Shown here in pieces: positions 12,885 to 25,246 of a stretch of DNA of 64,000 bases. Source of the DNA: Octopus sinensis (Eukaryota); contig NC_043004.1 of assembly GCF_006345805.1 (NCBI RefSeq), forward strand, positions 64,108,001 to 64,172,000, read 5' to 3'. The notes under the pieces were generated by a model, which worked only from the letters and a program-made list of their open reading frames with translations, was not told where the DNA came from and did no database searches. Each line of letters starts with the position of its first letter. Positions within the stretch are counted from its first letter, which is position 1. Position numbers and translations under genes: made by a program.

Positions 12885-13493
12885 TCCTAACTCACTAGAA
12901 GCATGTGCATCTAATGAGTTACTCTTCCTAACTAATCATATCACTGCGCAGACTCCGAACGTCCCGACAACACTAGGGAATTCTGGTATATCGCCTGGCG
13001 CTCATAATTTATCGAGAAATATGTAAACAAATCAAATTGCGATAAAATAAAAAAATAATTATAATCGCTGGTATTACTAACACAAGCCATATATTTTTCA
13101 TATATCAGTACATTAAGGCGAATATGTGCTAGGAATACAGAAGCTTGATAAATTAAGTGAAATGAAGATAAAAACATTTACTAAACCGGAAAATTCTCAG
13201 ACTGCAGTTTCTTTCTATTTAGCAAACAAGATAATTTGTGTGTGTGTGTATACAAACACACATACACACACATACACACACGCACGCACACATATACATG
13301 CAACATATTCAATTTTGCTGGGATTCACACGTATATATATATATATATTAATATATATATATATATACACATATAAATATATTTATATATGTGTATGTAT
13401 ATATTTATATGTATATATATTTACACATATGTAAATTATGTAGTATACATATATATATAATATTATATATATATATATATATACTCAATATAA

Positions 13494-13537
<44 letters not shown>

Positions 13538-15523
13538 ATATATATATATATATAATATATATATATATATATTATGCGTGCCATATATTTGTATTATATA
13601 TACCTATATATGTGTGCGTGTGTGTGCATAGTTATATGCATATCTAGTAACATTATTTTTATGGTTACGATATATTAAATCAATGTCTCTATGTAATACA
13701 GAAGAGCGGAGAACATTTGCTCTTCCTGACGGATTAGCTTTATTGACGCTATTCCTCATATCCGCCTCTTCAATCTAGCCATCTATCTTACTCCGAACAT
13801 ACTCCCCTCTTCCTTGCTCTCTTCCGCTCTTCTCTTTAGCTTTGCAATCTTCTCTGCGTCGGTCTTTATTAATACTAGAGAAGCGAAGCGCTATTGTTTC
13901 GGTCAATAGCCAAGCTGTATCAATCAATTGGAAGTTTATGAGAAGTGAACGTTACTGCTTAGTCACCTATGATGAAGAACATAGCGATTATGACGTTAAC
14001 ATAGTCATGTCTATATGCATCTGCTATTTAGAATGTTTGTATTTATATACACATGTATGTGTATATATGCCTTTGTATATATACACAGGCATATATGCTT
14101 TTCTATACTTGCATATGTATGCTAGAGTGTAAATAAATATGTATAAACATGTGTGTTTCTATGTATATATATATATATATACGTGTGTATGTGTGTGTGT
14201 GTATAAGGGTGAGTGAGAGACGTATAATATATATACGTAACTATATAAATATATACGGTTTGTGATGTGTGTATTTATGTATGCGTGAGCATGTGTGTGT
14301 GTGCGCGTGCGGTGTGTGTGCGCGTGCGGTGTGTGTGCGTGTGTTTGTGTGTCGTTGTCTGTCGATGATGATGATGAAAATGATGCTTGTGACAGCGTTG
14401 GATATGACCTTTCAAATCAACTGAAGACGACGATGATAATTCTCACCATCATTATCATTATCATCGTCATCTTCGTCACCGTCATCATCATCACTATCAG
14501 CTGCAGCAGCTGTAAGGGCAGCAGCATCTCCAGCAACGAAAGCAGTATTTTCTGAACCACCACTACCGCCGCCACCACCAGCACCATGAATTCAAACGAT
14601 TACCTACACTGAATACGAGTCTACCCTTCCAATTGACTTGTCCACTAAAATATTTCATTCGGACAGCCATCTTTAATCTCTTTTGATATCAGAGTCGAAG
14701 TGCAAACTTCAAGCGAGACAGTTATATAAACCTACCGCTACTTTGATCAATGTCTTGGTTTCGGTTCAGATCAAACATCGTATCGCCTTCTACTGGCAGT
14801 TTCTCTATCGCTTGTTGTATTGCAGACAGCGAAGCAACAATGTAATTTTGTAATCAACATGACTGAATGCGGTACTGCATGCAGTGTATTAGAATGTTTT
14901 ACTGTAAAACAAGTTTCGAACCTGGAATGTCTTGTTCTCTTGGAGAATAATGGTTCCGTGAGCTATGTTTAATAATATATCAAATATGAAATGATGGTGA
15001 AAATGGTTTTCTTGGCAGTGATGGCTATATCATCTCCCGTCTGTTGAAGATATATAACTTACAATATAGACTATTTGATTACACATTTGCATCTTTTATG
15101 TTTTATTTGCTCAATTCATCGGAGTACAAATGTGCTGGAACTCTGCTGGATTTCGTTGAACAAATCGACCTCAGTACGTACTTTGCAAAATTCTGACACT
15201 GACTCTATTGGACCCTTTTTTGTTGAGCCACTAAGTTACGAGGACACAAACAATTCCCTATTGCTTGTAAAGCGCTGGTTGTACGCACACACACATACAC
15301 ATGCATATATATACATATATATATGCAGCACCAAGCTTTGTCAGTGAACAAGTCGCGGTCTCAAAGCGACGAAAATATTTTGACGAATTAAATTTAAATG
15401 TTGAAGTGAATCTAACGGTTTTGTGTGTTTCTTAAATGGTTTATAAACACCTTCCACGCTGCAATTATTTTCGTTTCAGCACACAATCTCAGATCAAGTC
15501 ACTCGCTATGCAAGTACATCTCC

Positions 15524-15554
<31 letters not shown>

Positions 15555-18500
15555 TATATACAACAGGTTTCTTTTAATTTTTTTCACTTTCTATCAAATC
15601 CACTCACAAGGCGGTGGTGGGGGATGGTGGGGTGGGGGAGGGTGGCGGTGGCGGTGGTGGTGGTGGTGGTGGTGGTACTGCTGCTGCTACTGCTGCTGTT
15701 TTTAGCCATTTGTCATGCCCAATCGCGCAGACATATAATCAAAAGCATTCTACGTTTTTGTATTTGCTCCGCTTCTCTATTGTAAAAGTAGATGGTTACA
15801 TGACGGTGATTTCGCTGATATTTCCACCAGGTCTAGTGACTATTCAGATCCTCAATCGTTAGTTTTCTAAAATCATGTTGCTTTCCCTTGGTGTGGTGCA
15901 TCTCGTCAGCTCAGCCCTGATCGAACAGAAGCCATGATCGAAATTTCAGTTATTTCTTATAAGTTGTATGATCCTATAGAACCTTGCGTAGATTACACTA
16001 TGATAGGACTATGTTGATAAATGTGATGTTGCAAGCCATGAAAACTTTGCAATCCGAAGCTAAAAAATCAAACTGCATAGCAATTGAAATAAAGATTTCT
16101 AACTTTGGAGCAGGATAATATATTTTTTTGAGTTGCGTGCTTTAGATTAGCTTTCATTGAGAATTTTGCTGACACTTTATTTTAGCAACCCCAGGAAGAT
16201 GAAAGACAAAAACAACCACCGTGGGCTTCAAACTCAGGGCTTAATGGGATGTAGCTATAATTTTCGCGGTATACTTTTTTAGCGCCCTTAGTTGAAACAC
16301 ACATTTACTGTATTGTTTCCAAACTATGTACAAGACTAAACATTGAAGTAATCTATTAAATTTCCCCACCGCCTGCTCGACTGGTACTTTAATTGATCAA
16401 CTCTAAAATGATGAAACAGAAAGTTAACCTCGACTGGATTTGAACTCTGAAGGTAAAACTCCGGAATAGATGTTACAGGGGTGTTTAGATTCATGCTATA
16501 GATGCTCTGACGATTCTGCCAAATTGTCATAATATTAAAGAGTCTATTAATAATTTCCCATATATTTAATAGGGCGGAATTATCAGTTTTTGATTGGTAC
16601 TTTATTTTAAGGATTCTGTGAAGGTAAAAGAAAATCAACTTCAACGAGATTTCAACTCAGAACGTAAAGGGACATAACTAAAGATCGTTCACTTTTATTT
16701 TTCAACCACATCTACTGATTTTGCCATTCACTCTAGCAACAGACTGAAATAATGCCACATCTTATTTTAGCATCATTTCAAAGAAATAACAAAATTATAT
16801 CGCTGAAACGAAACTGTAAGCAGTTTTATTCACATGCAAACACAATTTATTTCTTCGATTAGACGTCCATTGCAATCTCATAGAAACACCGTTCCAAAAT
16901 AAGTAATTTAATAAATATAAATTCTTCGGCCTCATTATGCGGTATACAGTTCCAATTAGTGGTGAAATCTCTATGGTCTTAACCCTTACTAACAAATTGT
17001 ATAGTAAGACAGTATCTAGAGTCTGTAATATTTGTTCGTAGCTTTCAATATAAAACATTTGTAACTGTAGAATGGACACAATACAATTCATTCGAGAATA
17101 AGAGATTCGAAATAAAGCAACTGTTGTTCGGTCATTCTGTTATACTACGGGGACAATTCTTCATGAAAGATTTCAACGTAGTAATAGAAAAAGTTTTGCT
17201 TTCAACAGTGTGTTTCTTGCTTAAATTTATTGAGTGTACTTGCATCAGGTGGGGGAAGAGGCATATAAGTCAATGTGAAATTGCAATAAGTGCTAAATTG
17301 TATGATGAGGATGTACATAAATTTCGTACACGTGCTTTAATACTAGAATAGATAGCTTGACTTCAGCAGCAGGTGACAAATTACATATGAGTTATGCTCG
17401 TATCCTTTAATGCGTCCATCAAGTGGAAGCATTGCATACAGACTGTTTAAATCCCTTAATGTCTTGATCATGCGAAACTATAGCATACAGACTGTTTAAA
17501 TCCCTTAGAACCGAATACTTAACGTAAGTAGAAATAGCCATAAAACATTGGATCAACTGAAATAACGTATTAAAGCTGATGATTTCCTCTCTAAACTTGC
17601 TCTTCTCCATTATTTTATTTATCAAACCAAAGTGTTTTGGGCAACATAGCCTGATCATTACGGTTATACTTATTCACAAATAAAACTTCCCCCTACTTAA
17701 AGCATATTATTTTCATTTTATTCTCAAATGGCATTGCTGTTATAGAATTATCACTTTTACGTTTATTTACTTGAGAAAATTTATTCGGTTAAAATTATTT
17801 ATATGAACACATATACAAAGTCTGATTCTAGTGTACAAGTTCATAAGAGTCGAAGCATATCCGTATTTTCGAGGTGGCGTTTATGTAATCAAGGGCGGAA
17901 GGGCTCATCTCTAAACGAGGCACCTGATCGTCGCAGGTTTAACCTCCAGCTGCTGCTGCCATCACCCATTTACACCTTAGTAAACTTGAGTAACATGAAA
18001 TCAAGTGGTTTAAGCAAAGACATATAGTGCCACCCAGTCTGAGAATAGAAACCACGACCCATTGATTGTGAGCTCAAGGCACTAACCATGAGCCTACGCA
18101 CCTTTACATGAATGTAATAACTTCGAGATATATTCCATTTATTCTTACTTGCAATAATGTTTACTCTCTCTTTTAATCAATACTTTTGACGCTTTTTCTT
18201 GTGCGATTTTCTGTTGACGCTTTTGTCTCATGTTTTTGTTTCTCTCATCTTATTTGCCAATAATATTTAGATCACTTTCGTTTTAATTTTTCAATACCGA
18301 TGGTTCAGTTTTGCGTGTCGCACATTCTTGATTCCAGGTATGTAACTGATGATTATTTTTGGAATATCTCATAATACAGATGGCATTTACATAGAAATTT
18401 ATTTCACAAATCGTAAGCCCTAATTTTTCAATAACTCCACTATGCTGCTTTACAATCCTTTGAAGGCATTTACAATTATAAAATGCAAACGCCTAAAACA

Positions 18501-19842
18501 TTACCAGCTGATCTGACAGGCCGAAATCAATTGGATGTTCTTATTAAAAGCAATGCCATTATTCTATATTCATTTGATGTTTATTAGATAAACATAAACT
18601 ACATTGCAACCGGGAGGAAAGAAAAACAAAAAGAACTGTAAAATTCATTCTCCTTTCGGAGAAGTCTAAACAGAAAAGAAATTTTGAACAGTATATATAA
18701 AACGTCGCCTCACTAGAATTAAACAGAAATGCGTAGTCAACCTTGGTGAATAAGTAAATAAAATCAAATTAAAGATTCCATTTCATTTATTGCTATTTCT
18801 TGAAATAAATTTAAAGAATTATAAAATTTGTGACAAGTAATTACATTTTACAGGGAATTTGTAGAGTATTTCTTTAAAAAATGGTTTTAACTGGAATGGA
18901 ACAAGTACCAAAATAATAAAGTTTATAAATTATATATGCACTTACATGCACATACACACACATGTACATACATATACGTAACCTTGAATGTGTGTATGGG
19001 TATGTATATGTATTTATATATATATATGCATACATACATACAACATACATACATACATACATACAGATAAATACATACATACATAAATGCATACATGTGG
19101 AAGAATGTATATGTGTGTATATGTGTATACAGACATTCACACAGACACAGACAAACACATGTATGTGCATATTAGCACATTCTCTCTAGCGCTCTACATC
19201 TGTTTCTATTTGTCTCTTTTGCTGCCTCTCTCTTTCCGTCTCTCTCTCCCTCTCTCACTCTATCTCTATGTCTATCACTCTCTTTATCATGCAGATACTT
19301 TTCTTATAAGCGCGCGTGTGTGTACTCATGTGTGAGCGTGTGTTCGTGCACGCGCGTTTGTGTGAGTGTGTGTGTGCATATGCGCGTGTGTATGCCTGTG
19401 TGTGTGCATATGCGCGTGTGTATGCCTGTGTGTGTACGTGCGTGCGTGCGTATTATATTAACTTAATTGAAAATTGATTAGTTATTTTTATTTCTGCGCG
19501 AACAGGATTTTGCATACCCACACAAGCGCACACACACAAACGCACACACACACATCAGACACACACACATTATACGCACACTCTCATTACACACTACACA
19601 CACAAACACACGCTTACTTACTCTATGTGCATGTGTGTATACATGTGTAATGTATGTGTGTGAATGTGCGTACATATGTATACGACAACAAACGCGGAAA
19701 GTTTATATTAAAATGTCGATCAAATACAGATCTATTCATAGTTTAAGATAGATAAACGTAACACGGTTACCAGGGTTGGGTTTGATACATATCCCTTTGA
19801 TCCGAACGCTTGATGCGATTATAGAAAATAAATATAAATATA

Positions 19843-19882
<40 letters not shown>

Positions 19883-19898
19883 TATATATATATATATA

Positions 19899-19930
<32 letters not shown>

Positions 19931-19975
19931 ATGTATATATATATAAGTATATATATATATGTATATATATATAAG

Positions 19976-20011
<36 letters not shown>

Positions 20012-20124
20012 TATATATAGATATATATATGTGTATGTGTGCGTGTGTATATATGTATATATATATATATATGTATGTATATGTATGCATATACATACGT
20101 ATATTTATATATATATATATGTAT

Positions 20125-20174
<50 letters not shown>

Positions 20175-20175
<1 letters not shown>

Positions 20176-20310
20176 GCGCAGGAATATCTTTGTGGTAAGT
20201 AGCTTGCTTACCAACCATATGGTTCCGGGTTCAGTCCCACTGCGTGGCCCTTGGACAAGTCTTCTACTATAGCTTCAGGCCGACGAAAGCCTTGTGACGA
20301 AAACTGAAAT
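20175..20310 (+). mobile_element. SINE family A, 5' part
   Basis: ggcgcagg...ggttccgggttcagtcccactgcgtgg directly after (TA)n. Confidence 0.85.
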
Positions 20311-20346
20311 TTAGTTCATAGATTAAAACTCGCTAAGAAGGTTTTG

Positions 20347-20398
20347 AAACCACTGAAGAATGTCTAAGATGTGCTGACACGAAACGATCGTAGTGGTT
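20347..20398 (+). ncRNA. HHR-like motif in a PLE-type tail
   Basis: aacca-CTGAAGA-a-tgtc..gaca-c-GAAAC-gatc-GTA-g-tggtt; palindromic ACGATCGT; stem I needs a 1-nt bulge. Confidence 0.55.
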
Positions 20399-20590
20399 AT
20401 TCATATGTTAAATTTTAATTTATATAAATTATTTTATGTATTGGCTTAAGTCTTTCTTTGTTGTGATTTGCATAATAGTGGTTTTGTCTCTAATTTATAT
20501 AAATATATATTTTATTTTACTATAAAATTGGATTCAATCTTAAATCTGATTTTTCCTTGTAAATTGGATTTATTCCCTAATATTTATTAT

Positions 20591-20691
<101 letters not shown>

Positions 20692-20908
20692 TACATATTA
20701 TGTGACCGCGTGTGTATTGTTGGCGATTTTCTTTCTCCGTCTTCCCTTCCTTGGACCATTCCTTTCTCTATGTTTCTGACAAAAAGCTCCGCTCGGAACG
20801 TTAAATCCTCCTTCTTTCTTTCTTTTCTAATAACACTATACTCATTCCACGTCCTCACGTTGTTGTGTTTTCTCTTTGTTCATGTTTGGATTAACTATAT
20901 ATATGTAT

Positions 20909-21122
20909 AGAAACGTTATCACGCCGGGCGAAATGCGTGGCCGTATTTCGTCCGCCGTTACGTTCTGAGTTCAAATTCCGCTGAGGTCGACTTTGCCTTT
21001 CATCTTTTCGGGTCGATAAATAAAGTACCAGTTACGCACTGGGGTCGATGTAATCGACTTAATCCCTCTGTCTGTCCTTGTTTGTCCCCTCTATGTTTAG
21101 CCCTTTGTGGGCAGTAAAGAAA

Positions 21123-21124
<2 letters not shown>
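20909..21124 (+). mobile_element. SINE family B
   Basis: Homologous to 5580-5810. Confidence 0.85.
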
Positions 21125-21219
<95 letters not shown>

Positions 21220-21224
21220 ATATA

Positions 21225-21687
21225 TATAAGTATATGAAAGAATGGAGTTGAACGACTAGTTAACAAATATCCTTTATTCTCGACATATGTTTCGAAGGCT
21301 GCATATTCCTAATTCCGAAGGAATAAGGAGTACATTATGCAGATTTCTTATCAGGAAAATCAAGGAACTTATGTCGACATCAAAATGCACAAAAACGTTT
21401 AGCTGACCGCTCTCAAGGAGCCCATGGCGATAATGAGTGTATCTTTATAATGAGAACTTCATTATAAAGAGACACTCATTATCGCCATGGTCTCCTTGAG
21501 AGCGGTCATCTAAAAGTTTTTGTGCGTTTTGATGTCAACATAAGTTCCTTGATTTTCCTGATGAGAAATCTGCATAATGTACTCCTTATTCCTTCGGAAT
21601 TAGGAATATGCAGCCTTCGAAACATATGTCGAGAATAAAGGATATTTATTAACTAGTCGTTCAACTCCATTCTTTCATATACTTATA
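21225..21687. repeat. Near-perfect palindrome (229-bp arms, 5-nt loop), PLE-terminus-like
   Basis: Arms 21225-21453 and 21459-21687 are reverse complements with few mismatches. Confidence 0.92.
21553..21635 (+). ncRNA. Type I hammerhead ribozyme, canonical core
   Basis: ttttc-CTGATGA-gaa..ctgcata..tatgcag..ttc-GAAAC-atat-GTC|gagaa; G10.1-C11.1 pair; palindromic ACATATGT. Confidence 0.75.
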
Positions 21688-22494
21688 ATTTTAAAATAAA
21701 CATACAAATTTCCGCACGAAGACACGTAGTCTATGCCCTAGGGACGTAGCTTCAACCGTGTCCTTTCTGATGTGAATTTGCTACCCAGGTATCGGTTATC
21801 TTTCGAATTATCCTTAATAAGATAATTCATTCAATTACTCATATATATATATATATATATACACATACATACATATATATATATACATAAATTTTTCTTC
21901 ATATATACATATGAACTTTTTGTATTCCTGTCGATAATTTCACAATAAGCAGGACAAATGGAGGCCCATGGGACGTAGAGCTACTGAAGCGGTCACAATG
22001 TGCGATGAAAGAACTTTGACAGATGTGCTACCTAAAAATAATACGAGTGAAAACTAAAGAGAATATCAAACAAATTGCGCGAGTTTTTAATTGGCAAAAA
22101 TAACTATGCCTATACATAACAATGTGTGTATGAGCGTGTCTGTGTGTGTGTGTTTGTCTGTGTGTGTTTGTGTAAAGAGAGAGAAAGTGAAAGAGAGACG
22201 AAGGTGTAACTGAATGATTATGATGATTGCTTCACCACCTAATTGATGCCTGATTATTTACCACCGCATATTGGACAAATATATTCAATATAACTTGGGA
22301 AGATTTTCATATTAAATTCGGTAGATGGAAGGCTTAGAAGTGCTTCGGGTGAACTTTACATGTAATTGAAATATGCAACCGTGTCACATTGATTTAAATT
22401 GAGAATTCCTTTAAGGGTATACGTGCCAATGGAACAGTCAACCACTTTACACGTTAATTCAAGTGACTTCACAGCCTTGAGGTGTGGGGTTCAA

Positions 22495-22655
22495 TCACAC
22501 CGCGTGTGGTAAGAAAATTCCTTCCCAAACACATGGTTCCGGGTTCAGTCCCACTGCGTGACACCTTAGCAAAACGCCTTCTATCAGAGCCTCTGGTCGA
22601 CCGAGGTCTTGTGAGTGGATATAGTACAGAAAAAATGAAAGAAGCCTGCCATATT
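22495..22655 (+). mobile_element. SINE family A, diverged 5' part
   Basis: ggttccgggttcagtcccactgcgtg..cttgtgagtggat. Confidence 0.75.
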
Positions 22656-22825
22656 TAGAGAAGGGCCTCTCTAAAGCCATATACTGCAGCTTTGTAAGGA
22701 TAAAAAATACACATAGATAATATATGTGATATTGATTCTGTTTGCATTACTGAGGTGCATCTGGCACAACACTCGAATATACCTACACATATATATATGT
22801 AGCGGGCTGGGTATATGTATATATA

Positions 22826-23587
22826 TATATACCAATTAAGGACTGAACACGAAAAGTGGACAGTCAACATGCTAGATATAGACGTCAAATCGCCATTCTC
22901 CACAAAGATTATGTTCTCAAATCAAACTCAGCACAAAACAATAAACAAGTGAAAATATACTAAATAAAATAATTACCCATGTACTGATCAGTTTCGGTTA
23001 TTATTATCGCAAGGATAACTGTAACATTCATCAGCATGGTCCGTTTTAATTGATAAATATCAATTTCTACCCTTAATTAATTTTATATAAATAAATATGT
23101 TCTCTAACCGATAAATTGACTGCTGCTAATTATTAGCTGCAGGCTGGTTTTTTCGGGTCTCAACGCGCCAAAGTAAAGGCATTTGAAAGATACATTCGAA
23201 TGTAATAGGTTGAACTCCATGCACGCGATACTCCGGTATCGTTTTTGCATCTAGTCCAGCAAATTGCATTCATAGCGGACCATACTGATGAATGTTACAG
23301 TTATCCTTGCGATAATAATAACCGAAACTGATCAGTACATGGGTAATTATTTTATTTCGTATATTTTCACTTGTTTATTGCTTTGGTTTTGTGCTGAGTT
23401 TGATTTGAGAACATAATCTTTGTGGAGAATGGCGAATTGACGTCTATATCTAGCATGTTGACTGTCCACTTTTCGTGTTCAGTTCTTAATTGGTATATAT
23501 AAATATTTTAATCTTCGGATTATTTTTTAATATGCTAGACCACTGGTTTTAATTGATAAATATCAATTTCTATCCTTAATTAATTTT
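22826..23587 (+). mobile_element. Non-autonomous HHR-bearing element (~503-nt monomer, terminally redundant, with 5' inversion)
   Basis: gttttaattgataaatatcaatttcta(c/t)ccttaattaatttt occurs at 23043 and 23546. 22826-23040 is an inverted copy of ~23278-23490. A second copy of the family is at 40932-41564. Confidence 0.8.
22977..23039 (-). ncRNA. Type I hammerhead ribozyme
   Basis: CCAUG-CUGAUGA-[stem II]-GAAAC-UGAUCA-GUA|CAUGG; 10-nt palindrome ACUGAUCAGU. The plus-strand mirror at 23280-23342 has a stem I mismatch. Confidence 0.7.
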
Positions 23588-23590
23588 AGA

Positions 23591-23631
<41 letters not shown>

Positions 23632-23966
23632 TATATATATATACTGATATCATTTCTAACTGAAGTCTGTGGGATTAAGAACGAACCGACAATCAAGAAA
23701 TTCCGAAAATGAAATTAGGCTGAATCGGTCAGAGTAAGATCTCCAAGCAGTATTACAAATTTTAAGACTCTTGAAGAAAAGAGATAGATTGGACGACTTA
23801 AGAAGATCTGGAAAGGATGTGTTGAGGATGGAGTGGAACTTAGTTTCTCTCGGTCTGAGATCAAGGTGGTAGCCAAAGGTCATACCCACCTCCAAGAAAT
23901 GATTATAGCCCTATGCCCCTTACATATTAAAGTGGAGTATCTAACTAATCAACATATTATATATAA

Positions 23967-24021
<55 letters not shown>

Positions 24022-24822
24022 ATACATACATATATATTACATATATATATAAGTATATTATATATATATATATGTGTGTGGGTGTGTATATATATATATA
24101 TATAATACATTTATATATAATCTGTTGATTAGTTATATACTCTCTTTCCCTCTTTCTCTCTCTCCTCTCTTTCTCTCTTCTCTCCTCCTCTCTCTCCTCA
24201 CATACCCATCTTCCCCTCCCCCATAAGCTCACCCACCCCAACACATTCCTACTCTACCTTCCCTATCCTTCCCATCCCCCATCCCATCTCTCCAAGCTTG
24301 CATTTTTGAGTTTGTTGGCACTGTTAGTTACGAGCAGATCTTCAGAAGCGAGAGGAAGCCGAAAGGGTATGCTCCCACTTTCAGTGTTTTCAAATCCAAA
24401 CCAGGGAGTTCTGAGCTGATGATAGAAATGTCGACTTTGACTAATCTTGAACGTACGTTCTCAAATAACCTTTGCACTTGATTTTTTAATGTCTCTACCC
24501 CCATTTTGCGTGAGTTGAATTGAGCAAACACTATATGAGAGAGGTTTTCTTTAAGTATTAGAAATAGTTTTAAAAAAGTTTTTTTTAGCTGCTTTCTAAT
24601 GAGTTCAGTATGCGGCAAAGTAATTTATTTTACTAAGCCCTTTTATATAATGTAATAATTTGATTCGCCTTAATGGTCCCTTTGCATACTGGATACTTGG
24701 TGAAATTGATTAATTATTAATTTTACCTCAATTGTTGAAATTATATATATATATATATATATATTATAGATATATATATATTATATATATATATATATAA
24801 TATATATATATATATAATTATA

Positions 24823-24975
24823 GGCACAAGAGTGGCTGAGTGGTAGGAAGCTTGATTCCCACATGGTTCTGGTTCAGTCCCAGTGCGTGGCCCCTTGTGC
24901 AAATGTCTTCTTCTATAGCCTCGAGCCGACCAAAGCCTTGTGAGTGGATTTGGTTAGAACGAAGCCGTCGTATAT
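24823..24975 (+). mobile_element. SINE family A, 5' part
   Basis: ggcacaagagtggctgagtggtagg..ccaaagccttgtgagtggatttgg. Confidence 0.8.
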
Positions 24976-24984
24976 ATAGTATAT

Positions 24985-25023
<39 letters not shown>

Positions 25024-25142
25024 CTGTCCAAAAGTTTATATATATGTATAAACTTTGGACAGAGAAAGCAAGAGAATAAAGGAAGTGAGAAAGATAGAGG
25101 AGTTTTTTTCTCCTTCTAACCTTTTTGTCTTCCCTAAGACAG

Positions 25143-25177
<35 letters not shown>

Positions 25178-25202
25178 CCCTTTTGTCTGTCTGTCTTCTT
25201 AT

Positions 25203-25246
<44 letters not shown>

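Larger units (their letters stand above)
11432..13237 (-). repeat. Tandem array of a ~399-bp unit (about 4.5 copies); putative non-LTR retrozyme
   Basis: Equivalent positions at 11608, 12011, 12409, 12804 and 13200 (spacings 403/398/395/396). Units are near-identical apart from 1-3 bp indels. Flanked by (TA)n and (GT)n. Each full unit holds a minus-strand HHR. Confidence 0.92.

Noticed and set aside
11432-13237. Array considered as CRISPR-like or plain satellite DNA
   Set aside because: No repeat-spacer alternation and a eukaryotic context; the per-unit ribozyme fold favours a retrozyme.
17434-17507. 25-bp direct repeat (49-bp period) around TTGATCA..GAAACTATAGC
   Set aside because: Too degenerate to call an HHR; likely a local duplication.
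23650-24640. Coding-like minus-strand ORFs flanking a small inverted repeat (23942-24137)
   Set aside because: Possibly a retroelement remnant, but no diagnostic motif was recognised.
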